Below are positions 12,077 to 25,169 of a stretch of DNA of 64,000 nt, one piece after another (position 1 is the first letter of the stretch; each line of letters starts with the position of its first letter). Made by a program: the position numbers and the translations under genes. The notes under the pieces are model-generated. The model ran no database searches and was not told where the DNA came from. It saw nothing but the letters and a program-made list of their open reading frames with translations. This DNA is from Centroscyllium fabricii (lineage: Eukaryota): the NCBI GenBank assembly GCA_051313645.2, contig JBNRSN020000008.1:10230001-10294000 (forward strand). Direction: 5' to 3'.

Positions 12077-12321
12077 CATTTAAGTGTAGCCAAATAATAT
12101 TACACATAATTACTCCTGTGTAACTAAAAAGCTAAGTCTTGTTCAAAATGCAGCTGCAAAGACAGTCAAAAGCAGTTTTGACTAAGTTTTGATAACCAAC
12201 AGCCACAGACTGCGAGTGAAGTTAAAATGCTAAAAATACATATTATGATACTAAGTAGAAATTAGAATTTGCTCAACAAAACTAATTGCAACAATATTTT
12301 TAAAATAATTAGCAGAAGGAC

Positions 12322-12950
12322 ATAAAATGATAGAGGTGATGCATTTTGGGAAGACTAACAAGGCAAGGGAATACACAATGACTGGTAGGACCCTAGGAAA
12401 GACAGAGGATCAGAGGGACCTTGGTGTGCATGTACATAGATCCCTGAAGGCAGCAGGACAGGTGGATAAGGTGGTTAAAAAGGCATATGGGATACTTGCC
12501 TTCATTAGCCGAGTCATAGAATATAAGAGCAGGGAGGTTATGATGGAGCTGTGCAAAACGCTGGTAAGGCCACAGCTGGAATACTGTGTGCAGTTCTGGT
12601 CACCGCACTATAGGAAGGATATGATTGCTTTGGAGAGGGTGCAGAGGAGATTCACCAGGACGTTACCTGGGCTGGAGCGCTTCAGCTATGAAGAAAGACT
12701 GGAGAGGCTGGGGTTGTTTTCCTTGGAGCAGAGAAGGCTGAGGGAGAACCTGATTGAGGTGTACAAAATTATGAGGGGCATAGATAGGGTAGATAGAAAG
12801 GAACTTTTTCCCTTAGTAGCGGGGTCAATAACCAGGGGGCATAGTTTCAAGGTAAGGGGCAGGAGATTTAGAGGGGATTTGAGGAAGAACTTTTTCACCC
12901 AGAGGGTGGTTGGAATCTGGAACTCACTGCCTGAAAGGGTGGTAGAGACA
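12322..12950 (+). mobile_element. CR1 LINE ORF2 3' fragment
   Basis: [40 protein letters not shown]. Confidence 0.9.
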
Positions 12951-13239
12951 GTGCATCTTGTAGATGGTCCACACTGCAGCCACGGTACGCCGGTGGTGGA
13001 GGGAGTGAATGTTTAAGGTGGTGGATGCGGTGAAGATTAGTGCAAATCGCAGCCAAGCCCCTGCCGCATGCCGCAACTTCACTGGTTAGTGATCCAGAGT
13101 GGGAACAATAACTGATTTCTTTGATCTCCCCCAGCTCAGGGATACTGAGAGCTAAGCCTGTGGCCTTCTGGTCTCTGTGACACCATGCTGTGTATTACCC
13201 TCTCTTTATTAACATCTATAACACAACTTTATTTTACAG

Positions 13240-13295
13240 CGTACATCTCTTCTAATCTTGAAACGTTGGAGCAACATCACCATGAGTATGTAAAG
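13240..13295 (+). CDS. CATIP: CATIP coding exon
   Basis: ttttacag/gtaatt boundaries; AYISSNLETLEQHHHEYVK; phase fits neighbouring exons. Confidence 0.9.
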
Positions 13296-13367
13296 GTAAT
13301 TCATTATTATTTTATGAGGGAGACCAAAATTAGGTGCCATAAATAGAAAGTAGTCACCAATAAATCC

Positions 13368-13585
13368 ATGATGTGGAGGTGCCGGTGTTGGACTGGGGTG
13401 GACAAATGCAATAAGTCACACAACAGGTTATAGTCCAACAGTTTTATTTTAAATCACAAGCTTTCGGAGCTTCTGCCCCTTCGACAGGTGAAAGAGGTCG
13501 CTCTTTCACCTGACGAAGGGGCATAAGCTCCGAAAGCTTGTGATTTAAAATAAAACTGTTGGACTATAACCTGATGTTGTGACAC
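13368..13585. mobile_element. Penelope-derived inverted (palindromic) pLTR remnant with hammerhead motif
   Basis: Arms 13425-13495 and 13502-13575 are reverse complements; CTGACGA..GAAAGCTT core on + at 13506-13543. Confidence 0.7.
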
Positions 13586-13621
13586 CAATAAATCCAAGAG
13601 ACTTCAGGAGAAAATTCTTTC

Positions 13622-14201
13622 CAGGTACACAATCCCTTATCTGCAATTCCGAATAACTCTGAAAACCATATGTGGAGTGTCATATGACCCGAATGGGTTG
13701 AATGAAGAATTACTTCCTACTCGAAGCTTTAATTATGATATCTAAACAATGCACAAGAATGGTAATAGCCCTAAAGCTGAATTTTGCCGGTGCTCAGAGG
13801 GCAGGTTTGGAGATGGGGGCCGCTGTCAAAATCACAAAAGATTGAAAGCGGGCCAGTTTCCCACTCTGAGCCCACCTCCTCGTCAATTTCCCCAAGTGCC
13901 GTTTCTGCCGGCGCCTTGCAGACACGGCACTCTATGCGACAGGTCATTGAATTGTGCTTGTTAGGAGGGTGTTTAAAGTAATTAAATCCACATTTTTCCA
14001 GTTCCAAAGCATTTTGCCAAGTTTTCCACAAGGTTCTCGTCGCTCAGTGATCATGCCAGGTAAGTATGTCGGGCTCTGAACTCTCCATTTCTTTCAATAG
14101 GTAACAGCTGCAAAAGTGGTGCTACCGTTCCGAAATCCGACAAATTTCGAAATCCGAAACACATCTGGCCCCAAGGATTTCAGATAAGAGATTGTGAACC
14201 T
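13622..14201. mobile_element. Non-autonomous Tc1/mariner-pogo-like DNA transposon (MITE) inserted in a CR1 3' end
   Basis: TIRs caggtacacaatcccttatc / gataagagattgtgaacctg followed by TA; CR1 sequence resumes after it. Confidence 0.65.
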
Positions 14202-14794
14202 GTACCCGGATAGTGGTGAGAATGTGGAACTCGCTACCACAGCGAGTGGTTGAGGCGAATAGTGTAGATGCATTTAAGGGGAAGCTGGATAAACACATGA
14301 GGGAGAAAGGAATAGAAGGTTATGGTGATGGGGTGAGATGAAGAGGGTGGGAGGAGGCTGGTGTGGAGCATAAACACCGGCACGGACCAGTTGGGCCGAA
14401 TGGCCTGTTTCTGTGCAGTACATTCTGTGTAATTATATTGAACTAGACTGAACATGCCTCTCTAATTCTGTGTGAAAATTTCCACTAACATCCCCAGCAG
14501 CTTTCGGCTTCAGTGCTTGGTGTCCCCTCTGATTAAAGGTCTTGATCCTAACATTTGACATACCTTAAATGTAAGCAGTTGGCTTAAATATCCCATTGCT
14601 ACCAATCAGGAGTGAGGAACCTGCATAAAGCCAATCCAGTCGCTCACATTTTTTGTGAGAGCGACCAATCGGGAATCAAGAATGAACTCAAACCCAACCA
14701 ATGATATTGCTCAACTTTTTTTCAACATTTTCTTGGCAGCCATGTTGCTTTCCAGCCCATTGCACCACTTGCCTCCAATTGACTGCAGGTGTCA

Positions 14795-15610
14795 GCTATG
14801 CCTCAATGGGTTGTACTTTTGCCTCTGAGTCAGAAGGTTCTGGGTTCAAGTCCCACTCCAGAGACTTGAGCACAACATACAAGCCGACACCGCCACTAAA
14901 CGAATTTCTGCACTGTCGGAGGTGCTGTTTTTCGGGTGAGATGTTAAACCGAGGTCACCGTCTGCCCTCTCGGGTGGACGTAAAATGATCCCACGGCACT
15001 ATTCGAAGAAGAGGGGATCTCATCGAGACTTATAAAATTCTGTCAGGCCTGGACAGGTTAGATGCAGAAAGGATGTTTCCGATGGCGGAGGAGTCCAGAA
15101 CCAGGGGTCACAGTCTAAGGATAAGGGGTAAGCCATTTAGGACAGAGATAAGGAGGAATTTCTTCACCCAGAGAGTGGTGAACCTGTGCAATTCTCTACC
15201 AGGGAGGGCGGTGGAGGCTGGTTCATTGAATATATTCAAGAGGGAACTGGATATATTTCTTCAGGCTAAAGGGATTAAGGGATATGGGGAGAAGGCAGGG
15301 ACGGGGTACTGAACGTGTAAGATCAGCCATGATCTCACTGAATGGCGGAGCAGGCTCGAGGGGCCGAATGGCCGACTCCTGCTCCTATCTTTCTATGTTT
15401 TTAAGAGCGGGGAGTTCTCCCCAGTGTCCTGGGCCAATATTTATCCCTCAACCAACATCACTAAAAAATTATCTGGTCTTTGCTGTTTGTGGGACCTTGC
15501 TGTGCATAAATTGGCTGCTGTGTTTCCTACATTTCAAAAGTTAATTGACTTTAAAGTGGTTTGGGATGTCCTGAGTTTGGGAAAGGTGCGACATAAATGC
15601 AAGTCTTTCT
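14795..15610 (+). mobile_element. Deu-domain SINE (SacSINE1-like) interrupted by a CR1 3' fragment (about 15012-15402)
   Basis: ctgagtcagaagg..gggttcaagtcccactcc head; gatgttaaaccgagg Deu-like core; tail resumes after the CR1 piece. Confidence 0.7.
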
Positions 15611-15654
15611 TGGTGGTGAATCTCCTGTGGTGTTCCTCTCAGTAAGTCAGGTAA

Positions 15655-15815
15655 GAGAGAAGTCACACAACACCAGGTTATAGTCCAACAGTTTTATTTG
15701 AAATCACAAGCTTCCGAAAGCTTGTGATTTCAAATAAAACTGTTGGACTATAACCCGGTGTTGTGTGACTTCTTGCATTTGTCCAGCCCAGTCCAACACC
15801 AGCACCTCCACATCA
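15655..15815. mobile_element. Penelope-derived palindromic remnant
   Basis: Hairpin centred at about 15715 (aaatcacaagctt ccga aagcttgtgattt). Confidence 0.7.
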
Positions 15816-16170
15816 CAGTTTTAATGAAGACAGCAGTGCGATGCTATGTAATGTAATACTCTGCTGCCACGGAGGAGCTATGTTTAGGGTGGCTTGTCCC
15901 ATTCAGGACGCAAGGACTAATTGCAATGAGTAAACACGCCTTGAGTTCACTCAGAGTTTAATTGCTGTATGGCCAGGGAAGTTTGCAGATTGGATGTTGC
16001 TTGTAAATTTCCGGCACCCTTTCTTTCTCTGATTTTTATACTTTTGAGGTGTTACCTCGGAATTGTTGCCTCGAAAGCTTTCCGGGTGTTCTCAAAACGT
16101 CGGTGCGTGATCGATAGATGTTGACAGCGATTCTCTCGCCTGTTTGTTTTTTGGGGTGGCTCTGGTGCAG

Positions 16171-16257
16171 CTGAAGGATCAGCCTCTGGTTAAGAAGACT
16201 TACATGAAAAAAGAAAGGGATGGTTTTGTAGTGAAGAAGGAGGTCATGGTCGGAGAG
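16171..16257 (+). CDS. CATIP: CATIP coding exon
   Basis: gtgcag/gtgagt boundaries; LKDQPLVKKTYMKKERDGFVVKKEVMVGE; phase 0-0. Confidence 0.85.
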
Positions 16258-17502
16258 GTGAGTAAATGCAAGGATTAGCTGCAGTACTTGTAACGTTGCA
16301 CCAGTGGATCTTCAATGCACTTGCATCACAAGTCGGAGGATACCCTGTTTCATAAGGACAGGAGCATTAATTGCATGCCAAATTGGAGATACTAAAAAAA
16401 AAATTGCCCATGAGTATGTGTGTGAGATATAGTTCTCAGTGTTGGGGGTGTCGGGGGATGTGGGGAGAGGGTAGGAGGGGGGTGCTGGGTTTGGATGATC
16501 AGCCATGATCTCATCAAAAATGGCAGAGCAGGCTCGAAGGGCCGAATGGGCTACTCCTGCTCCTATCTTCTGTGTATGCTTCTGCAGCTGAGGTGGGGGC
16601 TTGTGTGCACCTTTTCAGTTCACAAGGTCTAGTCAATACAAGGAAGCAGCCTAAAATCAATTAGACTGTTTCCGGTTAGACCAAGGGGTCAATTAGAGGG
16701 GAATCTGAGAATAAGGGGCTGCCATTTCAAAACTGAGATGAGGAGAAACTTCTTTACTCAGAGGGTGGTGGGGCTGTGTAATTTGCTGCCCCAGAGAGCT
16801 GTGGAAGCTACTACATTGAATAAATTTAAAACAGAGATAGACCGTTTCCTGGAAGTAAAGGGAATTAGGGGTTATGGTGAGCGGGCAGGTAAGTGGACGT
16901 GAGGCTAGGTTCAGATCGGCCATGTGATCTCCTGGACCAGTTTCGATCGCCTAGATGGGTTGGAGAGGAATTTTCCAGATTTTTTCTCCCAAATTGGTCA
17001 CTGGGTTTTTTATCTGTTTTTTCGCCTCTCCCGGGTGATCACATGGGTTTGGGCGGGATGGAGAGTGAAAGTAACATTGAGGTTAGGATCAGATCAGCCA
17101 TGATCTTGTTGAATGGCGGAGCAGGCTCGAGGGGCCGATTGGCCGACTCCTGCTCCTATTTCTTATGTTTCTCTGGGGATTGGCCCGACTGGGTCGGGCT
17201 GCTGGAGCGATGCATTCATACCCCTCACACCCACATCTGCAGGCAGAGGTGAGCAGGCCGCACTATGGAAGAAGCTCAATGTGTACAGAGGCTCCTCTCC
17301 CAACATGGCACCCATAGGATACAGTAGCATAGTGGCTAAGTTACTGGATTAGTCATCCAGAGGTCTGGCCCATATGTGACTCCAGACCCACAGCAATGTG
17401 GTTGAGACTTGACTGCCCTCTGAAGTGGCCCAGCGAGCCACTCGGCTGTATTCAAGAAGGCCACTCACCGCCACCACCTCAAGGGCAATTAGGGATGGGC
17501 AA

Positions 17503-18673
17503 TGAGATGCCTCAAATCAAAGACGGCAGCGAGTTCTTAAATAAGTGGCTTTTATTAACAAGGAACTGAACCGTGTCCCTGATGAGCCTGCCTGGACTGA
17601 GAGATAAGTGGGCGGAGCATTCTCCTTTATACTAGTACCCAGAGGCGGGGTCAGCCGGTACAGGTCCTTACAGAAAGGTAAAGATATTAACAGATATTTA
17701 ACAAACACATTGGGCCCTGTTTTCCTGTGCTCCAGAAGAGCTGCACCCCCACGAAGCGGGGTCAGAAATGCCTCGTGGGGGTGCAGCTCGGGTGATTACC
17801 AGAAACGTGAATTTCCTGTGCTGATGGGCAAGGGGCTTCAGCTTCCTACCCAGGAAGACTTTGAGCTGCAGATTTCCTGTGGCAGCTGCTCAAAATGCGG
17901 GTGTATCACGTGGGCAAGTCTCTCTTTTGCTGCACATTTAAAAAGGAGTCTTAGAGGGCTGCAGGCAGGTTTGAGAAGTGAAAAAAACACGTTTAAAGTT
18001 TTTTAAAAATTGATTGCTTTGGAGATATTTGTCTGTGGTCTTTCAGCTTGTAAATGTGTAGGGTTTTATATTTTTTGGTGAAAGTGAAAAAAAACGGGGA
18101 TTTGAACGCGATGTCAGCAGCTCTGATGGGCCATCACAGCTGCTGACATCGTGTTCAAATCCCTGTTTTTTTTCCACTTTCACCAAAAAATATAAAACCC
18201 TACACATTTACAAGCTGAAAGACCACAGACAAATATCTCCAAAGGAATCAAAAAAAAATTAACTTTAAACGTTTTTTTTCCCTGGAGCAAAAAAAAACCC
18301 TAACATCAGAAAAGGCAGAAACTTAAAAAAAACAGCTTCCTAGAAACTGAAAAAAAACAAAAAAAAGGTGCTTCCCTACCCGATATTCTTCATCCCGCAG
18401 GCCGATTCTGTGCTTTGTGCGGGGGGAAAGCCGACCTCAGTGGGCGTGGCTTGCACCCCGCACCAAAAAAAAAGACGTCCCCTCCGCTGGAAAAAAACCC
18501 GGCATTTCCCACAGGAAATTGCCGTCGGAAAAAAAAAAAAAGTACGTGCGCGTGCACCGCGGGTGCTCGGGAGCGCGCACCAGCGGCAAACGGGCCACAG
18601 GAAAACATGGCCCATTAAACAAAACTATATCCAATAACCGTACAGCGTGAACCACCCCAAAAGGTTCATCACA
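17503..18673 (-). mobile_element. Solo LTR (about 270 bp net) with a nested MITE
   Basis: TG...CA ends; 5-bp TSD GGCAA (17498-17502 and 18674-18678); AATAAA and TATA on the minus strand. Confidence 0.7.
17712..18613. mobile_element. MITE (PIF/Harbinger-like) containing a long internal palindrome
   Basis: TIRs gggccctgttttcctgtg / cacaggaaaacatggccc; ATT on both flanks. Confidence 0.65.
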
Positions 18674-19316
18674 GGCAATAAATGCCAGCCTTGCATCTCC
18701 AGAATGAATTTAAAAACGAAAGCTTTTTACCCTGTGCAGCCACAGATGCCCAGACCAAATTAGAATACCCATCCAGCCGGAGATCAATAAGCTCAGCAGT
18801 GCCCAGTGATCGATCGTGGGACTGCAAGGGTCAGCAGCATTCTGAGCAATGCATTAAGCCATAATCAGCAACTATGATTGTGACAGGTTATTGCAGGATG
18901 CACATCCCTTTATTACTGTCCCCAAGACACTGAGGGGATATACTTAGCGGGAAAGCCTGAACAGGCTGGGGCTCTTTTCTCCAGAAAAGAGAGGGCCGAG
19001 GGGTGACCTGATCGAGGTTTTTATTATTAATAATAATAATGGCCCAGAAATTCCAGTCAGCGCATATCGGGTTTAAGCTCTGCGAGCGCACCAGAGCTTA
19101 AACCCGCAGGAAGCAGCTGGTAGCGCACGCTTCGGGATTTCCTGTGCCGCCCAGCAGGGGGGGTCGCTGCTTCCTGCGAAGTCCAGCGCAGGAAGCAGCG
19201 AACTACGGGATTATCCAGTCATTCCTTTTGGGCTGAATGACCTGTTTCTGTGCTGTAGCCTCGTTGTAACGCAATGTCCTGTAGTAAACACGTTGAAACT
19301 CCTTGTATTTGATCAG

Positions 19317-19484
19317 AGTGTGAAGTCCGAGACTTTGACCTTCAGTCTGACGGATATGAGTGGGTTCGTATCGGAGGCCAGTAACCTGATCCTTTCCCGA
19401 ATTCTCTCCCAACGAAACGAGGTCCCTGACAACATGGTCTTCCTCTCTTTTGACACCGAATTGAAGCTTTCCACTTCCACGTAT
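19317..19484 (+). CDS. CATIP: CATIP coding exon
   Basis: gatcag/gtaagt boundaries; SVKSETLTF..GFVSEASNLILSRIL..VPDNMVFLSFDTELKLSTSTY (recalled CATIP GFISEAANLVLLRV..VPSNARFLTLDTE). Confidence 0.92.
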
Positions 19485-19907
19485 GTAAGTACCGAGACTC
19501 GGGTCCTTCGATCAGCAGAGAGGGTGGAGGGGAGCGTGGGGTACTTGCGATTTTTAAAATGTCACAACCAATCTGGCTTTGAGATTCAGTACTTAAACGC
19601 TGTGGTCCCGCCCTGTTGGGGGATTGGGGGGGGGGGGCGGGGGGTGGCGGAAGGAGTTGGGGGTTCACAGCAAAATAATGAAACATAAGTTTATTCTGAT
19701 TTAACAATCATCACCTATAAAGTATCATCTCTGGCTGCGATTACTTGGTTCTAAGCAGTGTTATGGGTAAAGAGTGGGGGAGTGGGACCAATTCGATATC
19801 TCTTTCACGGGCACGATGGGCCCAATGGCCTCCTTCTGTGCTGTACGATTTCAAGCCAGTTTACATGGTACCTCCCTCTATGTATCTATGATCGTACAAT
19901 GTGCCAG

Positions 19908-20310
19908 CGGTGGCTCAGTGGGTAGCATTTAGCCGCTGAGTCAGAAGGCTGTGGGTTCAAATCCCACTCCAGGGACTGGAGCACAAAATCCAGGCTGGCA
20001 CTCCCAGTGCTGAGAGGTGCCATTTTTGCGTCCGCCCTGTCAGGTGGACGTAAAAGATCCCACGGCCAATATCGCGAAGAGCAGAAGGGGAATTCTCCCA
20101 GTGTCCTGGTCCACGTTAATCTCTCAACCAACATCACTAAAAAAAAACAGATTATCAGGTCATGATCACATTGCTATTTGTGGGAGCTTGCTGTGCGCAA
20201 TATGGCTGCTGTGTTTCCTACATTACAACAGTGACTCCACTTCAAAAATAAAGCACTTTGGGACATCCTGGGGACGTGAAAAGCGCTGTATAAGCGCAAG
20301 TCTTTTTTTC
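19908..20310 (+). mobile_element. Deu-domain SINE (SacSINE1-like)
   Basis: tggctcagtgggtagca A-box head; same family as the copies at 44.1, 52.1 and 59.6 kb. Confidence 0.7.
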
Positions 20311-20428
20311 TTGCACGTGTTGAACCGGCCAATCGTCTGGGACTGATCCCACAGATCTCTGGCGGCAGCGACTGCAGGACCTTTGATGTATTCCTTGTCC
20401 TGTGTCATTTTTTTCTTTGGTTGAACAG

Positions 20429-20553
20429 TTGTATCTGGGTCCCAGAACGATGAAGATCGGGCAAGATGAACAGGAGGTTCTCGGCATCCAAAGGACAATT
20501 CACTCGGAGAAAAACGAACCCATGAGCTGGCAGTGCAACTTCCTGTCGGATGG
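20429..20553 (+). CDS. CATIP: CATIP coding exon
   Basis: gaacag/gtgagt boundaries; LYLGPRTMKIGQDEQEVLGIQRTIHSEKNEPMSWQCNFLSDG. Confidence 0.9.
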
Positions 20554-20876
20554 GTGAGTGCTGGAGGAGCCCCGACACGTTTAATTGATTAATTTTTTTA
20601 TTTATCCACCAGTTAGAGTGCTTGAGGCCCGTTGTAGCACCGACGGAGAAGCTCCGCACAATACTGAGCATTTAACGTTAAATTAATTTCTCCTTCACGT
20701 TTGTGTACTGATCCGCCCCTCCCACCCCCACCCCCAACCAACTCTCCATTCAAAAACCAGCTTGGCTCAGTTGGTGGCGCTCTTGCCCCTGGATCAGTAG
20801 GTTGTGGGCATTGGATGAGGTAAATAGGGATAACCTATTTCCCGTGGTTGGTGAGTTGGCAACTAATGTATATATA

Positions 20877-21552
20877 CAGGTTGAACACCGTTAATCCGGC
20901 ACGGGCAGGACCAGGCCTGCGCCGGTATAGTGAAAAAGCCAGAAGAATGAAGCCGTCCAGTGCTGCGCGCACCATTCAAAATGGCCACGCGCATGCGCAG
21001 AACATTGGGAATGGCCGCCGCGAAATTTTGAATGTCTGCGCATGCGCCGCCGAACGGCGAGTGCATGCGCAGATCATTCAAAATGGCCACCGGAAGTCGG
21101 GCCCTCGATGTCGGGCATCTGCTCCTCATCCGACAGGCCGGCGAAGGCCTCCTCCTTCTCGCCTCCCAGCGACTACGAGGCGCCGGAGCTCTCGGCCTCC
21201 CGAGTCCGAGTCGCTGCTGAAGCCGCTGCTGCCTTCCATGGGGTCGGCGTCTCCTGAAGCCATCGGGACGGTGAGTGTGAATGTGCCGGGCCTGCTGGCT
21301 GATCAAAGGCTGGACTGGGCTCGGCTGCTCTCTCTCGCCCGTCCTCTCCTGTCTGTCTGCTCGCACCGAGTGCTCTGCGGAGCTGGGTTGTGCGCAGAGT
21401 TCGCACTGGCCATTTTGAATGATCTGCGCATAATTCGGTGAAGCATCAATCGCGACGGCCATTCTGCGCATGTGCAGGGCAGTCGGAGCAATTTATGGCG
21501 GATGACTGAAGTTGCCGGCTTTTCGGTTACCGGAATAACGGTCTTCAACCTG
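20877..21552. mobile_element. Tc1/mariner-pogo-like MITE, CpG-rich
   Basis: TA-caggttgaacaccgttaatccgg ... ccggaataacggtcttcaacctg-TA. Confidence 0.75.
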
Positions 21553-21566
21553 TATGTATACACACA

Positions 21567-22015
21567 CAGGTTGAGCCCCGTTAATCCGTTACCCGAAAAA
21601 TCGTCAACTTCGAATGTCCGGCAATAATTTCCCCGACTGCCCCGCGCATGCGCAAAATGGCCACCGCGATTCATGCTTCGGCGAATGATCTCTCCGAGCC
21701 AATAGCGGGCTGAGCCGGGACTCCCCGATCGCGGGCTGGGCCGGGACTCCCCGATCGCGGGCTGGGCCGGGACTCCCCGATCGCGGGCTGGGCCGGGACT
21801 CCCCGATCGCGGGCTGGGCCGGGACTCCCCGATCGCGGGCTGGGCCGGGACTCCCCGAATGATAAGCGCATGTGCAGACCACTCAAAATGGCCGCCGGCC
21901 TTTCGCGGTGGCCATTTTGAATGGTCTGCGCATGCGCTCGCCGAAGCTTCAATCGTTCAGGATTTTCACTTTCCCGGCACGGGCCTGGTCTCGCCCGTGC
22001 CCGATTAACGGTATA
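21567..22015. mobile_element. Second related MITE copy with an internal 26-bp minisatellite
   Basis: caggttgagccccgttaatcc start; (gggactccccgatcgcgggctgggcc)n at about 21715-21858. Confidence 0.65.
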
Positions 22016-24322
22016 TATAGCGCCTTTAACGTAGTAAAACGTCCCAAGGTGCTTCACAGCAGCGTAATCAGACACAAAGGGGTCAATCTTCCCATAGGTG
22101 TGGGGAATTGGCAGGTTTCGGGCGGGTCCGGTTTCTGACACGAATGTTAAAGGGCCGAGGAGCCCCAGGCAATTTTGGCTCAATTGGCCAATTAATTCCC
22201 CGCATGTGGGAACCCTTGCCACTTGACTATTTTCAGTCTGAAAGTTGGCGGGGTGCCGGCTGCTTAAAGACCAGAGTCCCGTTACAAAGCCTTGTAAACC
22301 ATAGCCCTTGACTGTCAGCTTCAAGTCAATTACAATGCCTAGTAAAACCACAGCCCTTGGCTGACCGCTTCAAGTCAATTACAATAGCTAGTAAACCCAC
22401 AGCCCTTTGACTGACAGCTAGTGCTCAGTTTCAATGGGATCTGCTGCAGCAGAACCGTTTCATTGACGGCTAGTGGAGAGCTATCTGTCAAACATTAAAA
22501 TGAGCTGCAAGGTGAGTTCTTGAAAGCTTTTTTCTCACTGATCTTGTACACCCTGGGGATACAGTTAGCCCTCCTGCAGACTGCTGCCCAGGGACGACTT
22601 CTGGTACAGCTGATTGCATGTCATCCTTTGACTTTCAGCTGATAGTCAGCAAGCCGATTGTGTCCCCGCCAGGTTTCACCGGCGGGGTTTCAAGCTGGCG
22701 GGTTATGGGTTGGCAACACCTGAAAATACCAAGGGCCCCTTAAAATGGCATTTTTCATGCCAATTAAGGGTGCTTAAGGAGCCTAACGACAATTCCTGCC
22801 GGCCGCAGGCGGGAAAGAGTCAGGGCGGGCAGACACGGCGGCGGGAAATCGGAAAGCAGCGGGGATCCGGCGGGGGGGGTGGTCGGGACCCCCCGGTTTT
22901 GGTATTTTGCGGGCTGCCCCGCCGGAAAGCCCACCTGACGGCTCAATGAAAAGTGACGTCAAAGGAGGAGATATTAGAATCGGTGACGAAAAGCTTGGCC
23001 AAAGTGGTGGATTTTAAGGAGCGTCTTCAAGAACAATCGTGAGGTTTAGGGAGAGAATTACAGAGCTTAGTGGCCAGACAGCTGAAGGCACGGCCAGCAA
23101 TGGTGGGGGAAGGAAATTCGGGGATTCACAAGAGGCCAGAATTGGAGGAGCGCAGAGACCTCGGAGGGTTGTGGGGCTGGAGGAGGTATCAGAGGTAGTG
23201 AGGAGCGAGGCCATGGAGGGGTAGTCAGCCTTGTCAAATCCTTCCCTCACCAGAAAAAATGAGTTCCATTCCATTTCCCGGTCTCCCAATCGGAGATCCT
23301 CCAAAATACTCTGCCTTGGCCTGGGCCAGAATTTTGGGGCTCAAGCGCATAATCTAAGCTCAGATTCCGGTGCGGTACTGAGCGAGTGCCACATTGCCAC
23401 AGGTGTGGCCTTTAGATGAGATGTTAAACCGAGGCCCCATCTGTGTTTTCCATTGGTTCAGATGCATGTCAAAAATCCCAAAGTGACGACCAATAGTCCT
23501 TCCTCACCAAAACCAAATGGTTCACCGCATTGCTGTTTGTGGGATCTTGCTGTGCATAAGCAGCTGCTGCGCTTGCCAACACTTTTTTATTCTCTGGATG
23601 TGGGTGTCGCTGGCAATGCCAGCATTTACTGTCCATCCCTAGTCGCCCTCAAAAAAGGTGGTGGTGAGCCACCTTTTTGAACCGCTGCAGTCCGTGTGGT
23701 GAAGGTACTCCCACTGTTAGGGAGGGAGTTCCAGGATTTTGACCCAGCGACTATGAAGGAACGGCCGATATATTTCCAAGTCGGGATGGTGTGTGACTTG
23801 GAGAGGAACTTGGAGGTGGTGGTGTTCCCATACGTCTGCTACCCTTGTCCTTCTAGGTGGGAGAGGTCGCGGGTTAGGGAGGTGCTGCCGAAGAAGCCTT
23901 GGTGAGTTGCTGCAGTGCATCTTGTAGATGGTACACACTGCAGCCACGGTGCGCCGGTGGTGGAGGGAGTGAATGTTGAAGGTGGTGGATGGGGCGCCAA
24001 TCAAGCGGCCTGCTTTGTCCTGAATGGTGTCGAGCTTCTTGAGTGTTGGAGCTGCACTCATCCAGGCAAGTGGAGAGTATTCACTGCAATGTAATTAACT
24101 ATTTATGAAACTTTGAGATTCTTCTGACAGACATGATAAAGCACAAGATAAAATGCAAGGATTTATCTTCTCTCTTTAATTCTATACTCATTCGTACAAT
24201 TTTGGAAACAAGAAAGCCGCATATAATATTTAAACTTATATAGAACCTTGGTTAGACCACACTTAGAGATCTGTGCTCAGTATTTGTCTCCCTATTATAA
24301 AAAGGATATAGAGGGGCACTGG

Positions 24323-24855
24323 TGTTAACTCACTCACTCTGTGAGGAGGACCCACCCTAGCCTGTGGGTCTGGGCTCTTACTTTAGGAGACTAAACACGT
24401 CAGTCAGTCTGTCACTTTCTCAGTAATACACAAAATCAGAGACTGTAAAATAATTAAAGTTTATTACCCAGTACCGGTACTTCACTCTCAGAGACCCCTT
24501 GTGTTTGCACACAAGCATAGCGACCCAGAAGTGCGCCCCGCTCGCTCTGAGACTGCAATTATTTATACAATGCATAAATGCAAAAAGACCTTGCAAAAAG
24601 ATTAAATGTTCATAAGCTCAACGAATAATTCTTAAAAACGAAAACAACCAATGGATAAAAAAATATATCGAGACAGTACAAACCCAATTAAATATCAACA
24701 TCTTGTGTTGACTCCTCCTTATCTTGCAGCTGCAGCTTTGTTATGAGAAAGAGAGAGAGAGAAAAGATCTCCATGTACAGACAGCCTGTCGCTTCTAAAC
24801 GTTTAACCCATGTCAAACTATAGTAAAGCAATCTAGAATTAGCCAAAGTTTATCA
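24323..24855 (-). mobile_element. Solo LTR (533 bp) inserted in a degenerate CR1
   Basis: TG..CA ends; 4-bp TSD CTGG (24319-24322 and 24856-24859); AATAAA and TATAAA on minus. Confidence 0.7.
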
Positions 24856-25169
24856 CTGGAGAATATCAGAAATCGGAGCAAGAGTAGGCCAAACGGCCCT
24901 TCGAGACTGCGCCGCCATTCAATAAGATCATGGCTGAAGCCCGATCTCCATTTTCCTCAATTCCCTTCGTGCCCAAGAATCTATCGATCTCAGCCCTGAA
25001 TATACTCAACGACTGAGCATCCACAGCCCTCTGAGGTAGAGCATTCCCAAGAAGTGAAAGGTTAAAACAATCATGAAAGACTGAACGATGTGGGGTCCTG
25101 TTCTCTAGAAGAAATAAGCACGAGGGGTGACCCAAAAGAGGTCTTTAAAATTATGAAGGGGTTTGATAG

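Noticed and set aside
20848-22351. ORFs of about 200 aa on both strands
   Set aside because: They arise from GC-rich MITEs and a 26-bp minisatellite and have no recognisable domain.
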